A stretch of DNA of 63,534 nucleotides, counting the filler. It is 4 parts of 4 records of this genome, joined end to end, with 100 filler letters (N's around TTAATTAATTAA, not from the genome) between each part and the next. Parts side by side here need not be neighbours in the genome. Positions count along the whole stretch, not along the records: positions 1 to 10,465 come from SRR20825010_800; positions 10,566 to 24,718 come from SRR20825010_803; 2 more parts are not named here. The stretch is one strand, 5' to 3'. Positions 9,152 to 16,586 of this stretch are shown in pieces. Both the position numbers and the translations under genes were made by a program. Position 1 is the first letter of the stretch. Every line of letters begins with the position of its first letter. The notes below the pieces were generated by a model. That model saw only the letters and a program-made list of their open reading frames with translations. It made no database searches and was not told the DNA's origin.

Positions 9152-10288
9152 ATGGGCATTTTCGACAAAATTAAAGAAAAGCTAAGTCACGAATTTATTG
9201 ACATTATTGAATGGTTGGACTATACTCCAGATACTATTTGTCATCGTTTTGAACGTTACCAAAACGAAATAAAGAACGATGCAAAACTCATTGTACGCGA
9301 AGGGCAAACTGCTGTTTTTATCAATGAAGGGCAATTGGCAGATGTTTTTAAACCTGGAACATATACTTTAAACACTCAAAACCTTCCAATTTTAACAACT
9401 TTAAAAGGATGGAAATACGGTTTTAATAGTCCGTTTAAAGCTGAGGTTTATTTTGTGAATACACATCTTTTTACAGATGAAAAGTGGGGAACAAAAAACC
9501 CGATTACACTGAGTGATGATCGTTTTGGTTTGGTTGAAATTCGTGCTTTTGGAAGCTATGCCTACAAAATAAATGATGCCGGAAAATTTATTGTTGATAT
9601 TGTGGGAACAGACAATAACTTCACCAATTTTGAAATTAATGAACACCTAAAAAGCCTTATCGCCACACGATTTACAGATACTGTTGGCGAGGCAAAACTT
9701 CCTATAGAATTGTACGCTGCTAATACAACAGAGCTTTCTGAAACTTGTAAAGAAGTGATGCAACCAGAGTTTAACAGTGTGGGAATTTCATTAGAAAAAT
9801 TCTACATTGAAAATGTTTCAATGCCAGAAGATCTTAAAAAAGAAATCTTCGAGTACAGCCGAATTGACAAGTTAGATTTAGATAAGCTTACCAAGTTTAA
9901 AACTGCAAAAGCTATTGAAGCTGCAGCAGCAAATGAAGGCGGAACCGCTGGGGCTGGTATGGGCATGGGTATGGGCTTTGTGCTTGCACAACAAATGGGC
10001 GGTATGATGAACCCGCAAATGGGGCAACAGCAAGTTCAACAACAACAGCAAGGTGGAATGATGCCACCGCCAATGCCTGCCGCAGTGCAGTATTTTTATG
10101 CTGCAAATGGCGCACAAGTTGGCCCTGTAGGATTCGAGCAATTACAGGCATTATTTGCAAATAGAACCGTAAACAAAGATACTTTGGTCTGGAAAGCTGG
10201 GTTGGCAGAGTGGACAGCACTCCAACAAATTGAGGAATTGAAATCATTTTTGGGAGGAAATACACCACCACCACTTCCACCGCAATAA
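9152..10288 (+). CDS. SPFH/Band-7 domain protein (YdjI-like) with C-terminal GYF_2 domain
   Basis: LIVREGQTAVF…PGTYTL…KWGT, GAGMGMGMG linker, GPV…TLVWKAGLAEW GYF_2 motif, PPPLPP tail. Confidence 0.85.
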   Translation: MGIFDKIKEKLSHEFIDIIEWLDYTPDTICHRFERYQNEIKNDAKLIVREGQTAVFINEGQLADVFKPGTYTLNTQNLPILTTLKGWKYGFNSPFKAEVYFVNTHLFTDEKWGTKNPITLSDDRFGLVEIRAFGSYAYKINDAGKFIVDIVGTDNNFTNFEINEHLKSLIATRFTDTVGEAKLPIELYAANTTELSETCKEVMQPEFNSVGISLEKFYIENVSMPEDLKKEIFEYSRIDKLDLDKLTKFKTAKAIEAAAANEGGTAGAGMGMGMGFVLAQQMGGMMNPQMGQQQVQQQQQGGMMPPPMPAAVQYFYAANGAQVGPVGFEQLQALFANRTVNKDTLVWKAGLAEWTALQQIEELKSFLGGNTPPPLPPQ

Positions 10289-10335
10289 CTGATTTATAAT
10301 TTCTGAAATAACCATTCCTTCGGAAGAAAAACTTC

Positions 10336-10465
10336 ATGGAAGAAATTTCACCCAAAAAATCTGAACTTAAAAAATCCTGTGTCAATTGTGGTGCAGCGCT
10401 TATTTATGCGCCAGGAACAACCGATTTAAAGTGTGATTATTGCGGACATACGGAAACAATTGCTC
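10336..10465 (+). CDS. Zinc-ribbon protein (YdjG-like), truncated by contig end
   Basis: CVNCGA…CDYCG double CxxC. Confidence 0.65.
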
Positions 10466-10565
10466 NNNNNNNNNNNNNNNNNNNNNNNNNNNNNNNNNNN
10501 NNNNNNNNNTTAATTAATTAANNNNNNNNNNNNNNNNNNNNNNNNNNNNNNNNNNNNNNNNNNNN
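10466..10565. other. Artificial contig spacer
   Basis: N run with central TTAATTAATTAA (all-frame stops). Confidence 0.98.
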
Positions 10566-10595
10566 AGGTGCTCTAACCAACTGAGCTATAGGACC
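10566..10595 (-). tRNA. 5' half of a tRNA truncated by the contig end (probably CAT anticodon, Met/Ile2)
   Basis: Minus strand GGTCCTATAGCTCAGTTGGTTAGAGCACCT = acceptor 5' strand plus canonical D-arm; the anticodon is not in the window, so identity rests on recalled similarity only. Confidence 0.8.
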
Positions 10596-10602
10596 GTTTT
10601 TT

Positions 10603-10646
10603 GGTACTCTAACCTCCCAATAATTATCGGGATGAGCTATAAGACC
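10603..10646 (-). repeat. Degenerate duplicate of the tRNA 5' half with an 18-bp palindrome in the D-loop
   Basis: GGTCTTATAGCTCA-TCCCGATAATTATTGGGA-GGTTAGAGTACC versus GGTCCTATAGCTCA-GTT-GGTTAGAGCACC. Confidence 0.8.
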
Positions 10647-10797
10647 ATTTCCTTTTTTGCTTCTTGTATCAAATACGCTTATTTGAAAAAGCAATCGGGA
10701 ACCGCAAATTGCGGATGCAATATTACTACTTATTTTCCAACACTGCAAACAAAATTGGAAGCTTAATATTGCGTATTTATTCTATTGCCCGCAAATA

Positions 10798-11226
10798 TCA
10801 TACCTTCCTGCTTTCAAGTTTTGGCAAAGGGTCTTCCTGACAGAGCTCTATCAACACTCCATTAGTGCCCTTGGGATGTAAAAAAGCTACCAGTTTGTTG
10901 TCCGCTCCCTTTTTGGGAATTTTATTCAAGACTGTAAATCCTTCATGGGTCAAACGCTCTATTTCAGCCACTATATCATCCACCGCAAAGGCAATATGAT
11001 GTACCCCCTCTCCCCTCTTCGCCAGAAATTTGGCAACAGGGCTATTGTCATCTAAAGCCTGCAATAACTCAATCTTATTGGGACCTGCTTTAAAAAAAGA
11101 GGTCTTTACTCCTTCCGATACTACTTCCTCGATCTTATAATGGGGCACCCCCAATATTTTTTCGAACAAGGCATTGGAGACCTCCAAATCATGTACCGCT
11201 ATACCCAAATGTTCAATTTTCTTCAT
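10798..11226 (-). CDS. mce: Methylmalonyl-CoA epimerase
   Basis: VOC fold; IEHLGIAV, GEGVHHIAF, FLHPKGTNGVLIELCQ. Confidence 0.92.
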   Translation of the reverse strand: MKKIEHLGIAVHDLEVSNALFEKILGVPHYKIEEVVSEGVKTSFFKAGPNKIELLQALDDNSPVAKFLAKRGEGVHHIAFAVDDIVAEIERLTHEGFTVLNKIPKKGADNKLVAFLHPKGTNGVLIELCQEDPLPKLESRKV

Positions 11227-11371
11227 ATTCACCCTAATTATACTGTCCCAGATTTATTGTATTCCCTTATGCCCTCAGCTCCCTTATATCAAAAATATCA
11301 TATTCCACATTATCTAAGGCTAATCCTTGCCCAATCATAGAATCTATATAAATATATCGTATTTTTGTGCC

Positions 11372-11764
11372 ATGGAGACACAAAGACAGAAGAAAATAGG
11401 CGGGGTCATACAAAAGGATATCGCGGATATTTTACAACGTGCTGCTACCGACGGCGGACTAAAAGGTACGCTAATTTCGGTATCCAAAGTGTCGGTCACT
11501 ACAGACCTTTCCATCGCCAAAATATATGTAAGCATTTTTCCGGCCACCAAGGGCAAGGAATTATTGGAAGGTATTAAATCCAATCAGCCCATGATAAAAC
11601 ATGAACTGGCACAGCGTACTAGGCATCAGTTAAGAAGGGTTCCTGAACTTTTATTCTTCCTGGACGATTCCTTGGAGTATATAGACGGCATTGAAAAATC
11701 GCTTAAGGGCGAGGAAAATCCTGTTAAGAATCCTGATCTACTGGAAAAAAGGAAAAAATCATAA
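11372..11764 (+). CDS. rbfA: Ribosome-binding factor A
   Basis: METQRQKKIG…DLSIAKIYVS…LRRVPELLFFLDDS; TATTTTTG promoter element just upstream. Confidence 0.95.
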   Translation: METQRQKKIGGVIQKDIADILQRAATDGGLKGTLISVSKVSVTTDLSIAKIYVSIFPATKGKELLEGIKSNQPMIKHELAQRTRHQLRRVPELLFFLDDSLEYIDGIEKSLKGEENPVKNPDLLEKRKKS

Positions 11765-11766
11765 GA

Positions 11767-12975
11767 TTGAACTTCCCTTTATACATAGCAAAGCGGTACT
11801 TGCGTTCCAAGAGTAGCCAAAATGCGGTAAACATTATCAATTTTATTACTTTTCTGGTCATCGTTATTGGATCGGCAGCACTTTTTATCGTGCTTTCCGG
11901 TTTTGCCGGACTAAAAACCTTTAGCCTTTCCTATACCAATATGGTGGACCCCGATCTTAAGGCCTTGCCACTAACGGGGAAATTCTTTAGCGTATCGGAA
12001 TCCCAGGACCAAGCACTTCAACAACTGCAGGACGTAGCAGCCTATTCCAAGGAAATTGAGGAAAAAGTCTATCTGACCCATGACCAAAAAGCGCATATTG
12101 CCTATATAAAAGGAATAGATTCTACCTTTTTGCAAACTACCCCCATAGATAGTAGCCTTTATTTTTATGGCGACTGGGCCATAAACGGACTACAAGGGGT
12201 TGCTGGACAGGGAATTGTAAGTCTATTGGGATTGAGCATCAACAATTTTAGGAGTCCGTTGGTGATTCGTGTCCCCAAACCGGGCAAGGGCCTATTGGGC
12301 CAACGCTTGTTAAAGGACAGCTATAATGAGACCAACTTGGTCATTAGTGGAATCTACCAAATTGAAGAGGAGTTGGATAGAAAATATATTTTTGCCGATC
12401 TACCCATGGTACAAGCCTTACTGGAAAAGGACAGTACCCAGTTTTCGGGAATAAATTTTAAATTCAAGGAAGGCGCCAATATTGCTGATCTGCGGCAAAA
12501 AATTGAAGCTATTTTTCCAACTCAGGTCGTTTTAAAGGACCGCAGGGAATTGAACAGTACCCTGTATAGAATGCTAAACACGGAGAACCTGGCAACATAT
12601 CTTATTTTTACCCTAGTACTTATCATTGCCCTTTTTAATGTGGTAGGTGCCATTATCATGATGATTCTGGACAAACAGCAGAATTCCAAGACCTTGTACA
12701 ACTTGGGCACGACCATTAAGGCGCTTCGTAAAATATACTTTGTTCAGGGTATATTGGTAACAGGAATGGGCGGTTTGATCGGTGTGTTTTTGGGTTCCTT
12801 GTTGATATGGTCCCAATTGGCCTTTGGTTGGTTAAAAATAACTCCTAGCCTGTCCTATCCAGTGGAGTACAACTTGATCAATGTTCTAATCGTATTGGCC
12901 ACCATTATTGTACTGGGCATTATTGCCTCCTTGATTGCCAGCAGTAGGATCAATAAAAAATTAATAGCACATTAA
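11767..12975 (+). CDS. ABC transporter permease, LolC/E (FtsX-like) family
   Basis: IAKRYL N-terminus, one TM, large periplasmic domain, three C-terminal TMs. Confidence 0.85.
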   Translation: MNFPLYIAKRYLRSKSSQNAVNIINFITFLVIVIGSAALFIVLSGFAGLKTFSLSYTNMVDPDLKALPLTGKFFSVSESQDQALQQLQDVAAYSKEIEEKVYLTHDQKAHIAYIKGIDSTFLQTTPIDSSLYFYGDWAINGLQGVAGQGIVSLLGLSINNFRSPLVIRVPKPGKGLLGQRLLKDSYNETNLVISGIYQIEEELDRKYIFADLPMVQALLEKDSTQFSGINFKFKEGANIADLRQKIEAIFPTQVVLKDRRELNSTLYRMLNTENLATYLIFTLVLIIALFNVVGAIIMMILDKQQNSKTLYNLGTTIKALRKIYFVQGILVTGMGGLIGVFLGSLLIWSQLAFGWLKITPSLSYPVEYNLINVLIVLATIIVLGIIASLIASSRINKKLIAH

Positions 12976-13967
12976 CCTACGAATTCGAAATCCCCGAATT
13001 TTTCCATTACCTCATCAAAAGCCTCAAAAACATCTACAGAATGGTCACTGGTGACCATCTTCATTCGGTACTCCTTAAAATTGGGTATACCCTTAAAATA
13101 ATTGGTATAGTGCCTACGGGTCTCAAAAACCCCCAGCTGTTCCCCTTTCCAGTCTATGGCCATTTGTAAATGACGGCGTGCAGCATTAACGCGCTCCTCC
13201 ATAGTTGGTGGTGCGGCATGGGTGCCTGTTTTAAAAAAGTGCTTCACTTCCTTAAAGAACCAAGGATACCCTATACTGGCACGGCCTATCATGGCACCGT
13301 CCAAGCCATATTCGTCCCTCATTTTCATAGCCATTTCAGGGCTGTCCACGTCACCATTCCCAAAAACCGGAATATGCATCCGTTGGTTGTTCTTTACCTC
13401 CGCAATAGGTCTCCAATCGGCCTCTCCCTTGTACATCTGTACCCGGGTTCTGCCATGAATGGAAATGGCCTTGCAACCTACATCTTGTAGACGCTCCGCC
13501 ACCTCAACTATTTTGATGGAATCAGAATCCCAACCCAAACGCGTTTTTACCGTAATGGGTAGTTTGGTATGCTCTACCATAGCCTTGGTCAAAGAAACCA
13601 TTAGGTCTATATCCTTAAGGATTCCGGCACCTGCACCTTTACTTACTACTTTTTTGACCGGACAGCCAAAGTTGATATCGATAATATCCGGCCCCGACTT
13701 TTCCACTATCTCCACAGATTGAAGCATGGAGTCCAAATTGGCCCCAAAAATCTGTATCCCCACAGGACGTTCCTTTTCGTAAATATCCAACTTCATGACG
13801 CTTTTGGCAGCATCGCGAATTAGTCCTTCCGAGGAAATAAATTCGGTATATACCACATCAGCTCCTTGCTCCTTGCACAAGGCGCGGAAAGGTGGGTCAC
13901 TAACATCTTCCATTGGTGCAAGCAGCAATGGGAAATCCGGTAATTGAATGTCTCCTATTTTAGGCAC
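12972..13967 (-). CDS. dusB: tRNA-dihydrouridine synthase B
   Basis: LAPMEDV, IDINFGCPVKKV, IHGRT, GNGDV, MIGR. Confidence 0.95.
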   Translation of the reverse strand: MPKIGDIQLPDFPLLLAPMEDVSDPPFRALCKEQGADVVYTEFISSEGLIRDAAKSVMKLDIYEKERPVGIQIFGANLDSMLQSVEIVEKSGPDIIDINFGCPVKKVVSKGAGAGILKDIDLMVSLTKAMVEHTKLPITVKTRLGWDSDSIKIVEVAERLQDVGCKAISIHGRTRVQMYKGEADWRPIAEVKNNQRMHIPVFGNGDVDSPEMAMKMRDEYGLDGAMIGRASIGYPWFFKEVKHFFKTGTHAAPPTMEERVNAARRHLQMAIDWKGEQLGVFETRRHYTNYFKGIPNFKEYRMKMVTSDHSVDVFEAFDEVMEKFGDFEFVG

Positions 13968-14144
13968 AGTATATATCCTTTAAATTTTGGGACTGCAAAA
14001 TTACTGAAAAATTCTATAATCCTAAATTTCAAGGGATAAGAATAGTATAACAGCTAAACGAAACCAATAACAAAATTCAATTTTAGATATATTTCGATCT
14101 TAATATTGCATTGGGAAATTTAATTATAAAGTACATTAGCCCCT

Positions 14145-14918
14145 ATGTTATCTCTTATCTTTCTGCCATACGAACCAATTCTGTTTGGAATAAAAGTCAA
14201 TGCACATATAGTGCTGGAATATTTGGCCTTTTTTGTAGGGTTTCAATATTATCTCTATTTAAGAAAACGAACCACGGACACCATCTCTACCAATAACCGT
14301 TTGTCCATAATTATTGGAGCAGTTTTTGGTGCCCTTTTTTTTTCCCGATTAATTGCCTTTTTAGAAAATCCGCCCCTACACTACTCCCAGGGCATAATAT
14401 CATTCCTTAATAACAAAACCATTATGGGCGGACTCTTTGGCGGATTATTGGGCGTGGAGTTGGTAAAAAAAGTAATTGGGGAAAAGCAGTCTTCCGGAGA
14501 TCTGTTCACCCTACCCATAATTCTGGGGATCGCCATAGGTAGGTTGGGATGCTTTTTGGCAGGAACAAAGGAATTTACCTACGGGAAAAAAACTACTTTT
14601 TATTTTGGTATGGATTTAGGCGATGGACTTTCCAGGCATCCCATTGCGCTTTATGAAATAATTTTTTTAATTGGCCTGTTCTTTCTAATCACACAACTTC
14701 AAAAATCTAAACAGCCCCTGGAAAATGGTAGCTATTTCAAATTTTTTATGATAAGTTACTTTTCATTTAGGTTTATGATGGAATTTTTAAAGCCGAATAC
14801 GTATTTCCTATTTGGTCTGAGCAGCATTCAATATTTATGCTTACTTTGTTTGTTGTATTATTATAAATCCGTCGGAGAAGCGATTAAATATGCCTACAAG
14901 AAACTATACCTACTATGA
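14145..14918 (+). CDS. Prolipoprotein diacylglyceryl transferase (Lgt) paralog
   Basis: Multi-TM; GRLGCFLAG, RHPIALYE and YFSFRFMMEFLK match Lgt signature motifs; the HGG motif reads IMGG. Confidence 0.85.
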   Translation: MLSLIFLPYEPILFGIKVNAHIVLEYLAFFVGFQYYLYLRKRTTDTISTNNRLSIIIGAVFGALFFSRLIAFLENPPLHYSQGIISFLNNKTIMGGLFGGLLGVELVKKVIGEKQSSGDLFTLPIILGIAIGRLGCFLAGTKEFTYGKKTTFYFGMDLGDGLSRHPIALYEIIFLIGLFFLITQLQKSKQPLENGSYFKFFMISYFSFRFMMEFLKPNTYFLFGLSSIQYLCLLCLLYYYKSVGEAIKYAYKKLYLL

Positions 14919-16290
14919 TTTTACCTTAAGTCTTTGTCCCGAATGCCTAAGGCGGGTAGATGCAAAGATCGTCTTCGAAGATGAAAAGGTTTATATGCTC
15001 AAAAATTGCAGGGAGCATGGAAAATCAAAAGTAATTATTGCCGACGATATTGAGTACTACAAAAATATACGCAACTACAACAAGGCTTCCGAATACCCTA
15101 AGACCTTTAACACCAAAACCCATTATGGCTGCCCATATGATTGCGGACTGTGTCCTGACCATGAGCAGCACTCCTGTCTTACGGTAGTTGAAGTTACTGA
15201 CCGATGCAACCTTAGCTGCCCTACCTGCTATGCTTCCTCCTCGCCCCACTATGGAAGACATAGAACCCTGGAAGAAATAAAAAAGATGTTGGATGTTATC
15301 GTAAAAAACGAAGGCGAGCCCGATGTAGTCCAGATCAGTGGCGGTGAGCCTACCATACATCCACAATTTTTTGAAATATTGGATTATGCCAAATCGCTAC
15401 CCATTAGGCACTTAATGGTGAATACCAACGGCATTGAAATTGCCAAGGATTTTGCCTTTGCGGAAAGGTTGGCCACTTACGCCCCCGATTTTGAAATTTA
15501 TCTACAGTTCGACTCTCTGGATGAACAGGTTTTACGTACGCTGCGAGGTGCAGATTTAAAACAAACAAGGTTAAAGGCTTTAGAACATCTTAATGCCTTT
15601 AACCTTTCCACAACTTTGGTGGTTACCTTGCAAAAAGGTCTTAACGACCATGAAATGGGCACCACTATTGATTTTGCCCTAAAACAAAAATGCGTTCGGG
15701 GAGTTACTTTTCAGCCCACCCAAATTGCAGGAAGGTTGGAAAATTTTCAGGTTGATGAAAATAGGATTACCCTAACCGAGGTTAGACGTAAAATTTTGGA
15801 GCAATCCCCAATTTTTGAACCGGACGATCTTATTCCCGTTCCCTGCAATCCTGATGCTCTGGTCATGGGATATGCCCTAAAAATGGGGAAGGAAGTAACA
15901 CCATTAACTAGGTATATAAATCCGGACGATCTGCTTAATAGTGGTAAGAATACCATTATCTACGAGCAGGACGAACAACTACATGAAAAAATGATACAGC
16001 TTTTCAGCTCGGGAAACTCGGTTGAAAAAGCTTCGGAAAATTTAAAATCCATCATGTGTTGCCTTCCAGAGATCGATGCCCCCAATATGGGCTACGACAA
16101 TTTGTTCAGAATCATAATTATGCAATTTATAGATGCCTATAATTTTGACGTAAGGGCAATTAAAAAGTCTTGCGTGCATATCGTGAACAAAGATTACAAA
16201 ATCATACCCTTCGAAACTATGAACCTCTTCTACCGGGATGATAAAATAGAACGTCTGAACAAACTAAAGGCGGAAGTGGAAAACAACTAG
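14890..16290 (+). CDS. Radical SAM protein, Tes/GDGT-MAS (MJ0619)-like architecture
   Basis: C16xxC19…C40xxH43, C81xxxC85xxC88xxH…C96, radical SAM C106xxxC110xxC113, SGGEPT, NTNG, YLQFD, C-terminal FIDAYNFDVRAIKKSCVH…IIPF. Confidence 0.88.
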   Translation: MPTRNYTYYDFTLSLCPECLRRVDAKIVFEDEKVYMLKNCREHGKSKVIIADDIEYYKNIRNYNKASEYPKTFNTKTHYGCPYDCGLCPDHEQHSCLTVVEVTDRCNLSCPTCYASSSPHYGRHRTLEEIKKMLDVIVKNEGEPDVVQISGGEPTIHPQFFEILDYAKSLPIRHLMVNTNGIEIAKDFAFAERLATYAPDFEIYLQFDSLDEQVLRTLRGADLKQTRLKALEHLNAFNLSTTLVVTLQKGLNDHEMGTTIDFALKQKCVRGVTFQPTQIAGRLENFQVDENRITLTEVRRKILEQSPIFEPDDLIPVPCNPDALVMGYALKMGKEVTPLTRYINPDDLLNSGKNTIIYEQDEQLHEKMIQLFSSGNSVEKASENLKSIMCCLPEIDAPNMGYDNLFRIIIMQFIDAYNFDVRAIKKSCVHIVNKDYKIIPFETMNLFYRDDKIERLNKLKAEVENN

Positions 16291-16367
16291 AAACTGTCTT
16301 GTTATTTAAGCCTAAAATATTAAAACCCCATTGAATATTATGGTATATTTAATCTTCGATTTTAGCT

Positions 16368-16586
16368 ATGTATAATTTATCCCTTCCTTTAGAAGTAGGC
16401 AATTTGAATGGCCTTTTCGTGATCTTGTTACTGATCATGTTTGGCCCTGCAATCTTATTGATGGTGATAGGATTTATATTGAGGACCAAACAAAAAAGAA
16501 AGGCCGGCAAGGTTTTATTTATACTGGCAGGAGTGTATATGTTGATAAGTCTAGGTGTTTGTGGAGCACTAATAGGAGGTTTTTAG
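16368..16586 (+). CDS. Small two-TM membrane protein with single C-terminal Cys (candidate substrate/precursor)
   Basis: 72 aa: TM1, basic loop RTKQKRKAGK, hydrophobic TM2 ending ISLGVCGALIGGF. Confidence 0.75.
   Translation: MYNLSLPLEVGNLNGLFVILLLIMFGPAILLMVIGFILRTKQKRKAGKVLFILAGVYMLISLGVCGALIGGF

Noticed and set aside
9940-10080. GGTATGGGC and CAA repeats
   Set aside because: They simply encode the GMGMG and poly-Q linker of the SPFH protein; not a CRISPR array or VNTR.
10466-10565. TTAATTAATTAA palindrome within N runs, three times in the window
   Set aside because: Artificial all-frame-stop linker, not a biological repeat; ORFs running into it (10336-10521, 10518-10748) have false ends.
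10518-10748. 76-aa minus-strand ORF
   Set aside because: Reads through the tRNA and its leader into the spacer; no protein-like features.
14111-14296. 61-aa ORF overlapping the Lgt paralog start as a possible precursor peptide
   Set aside because: Out-of-frame overlap with a well-supported gene, TTG start, and no precursor-like features.
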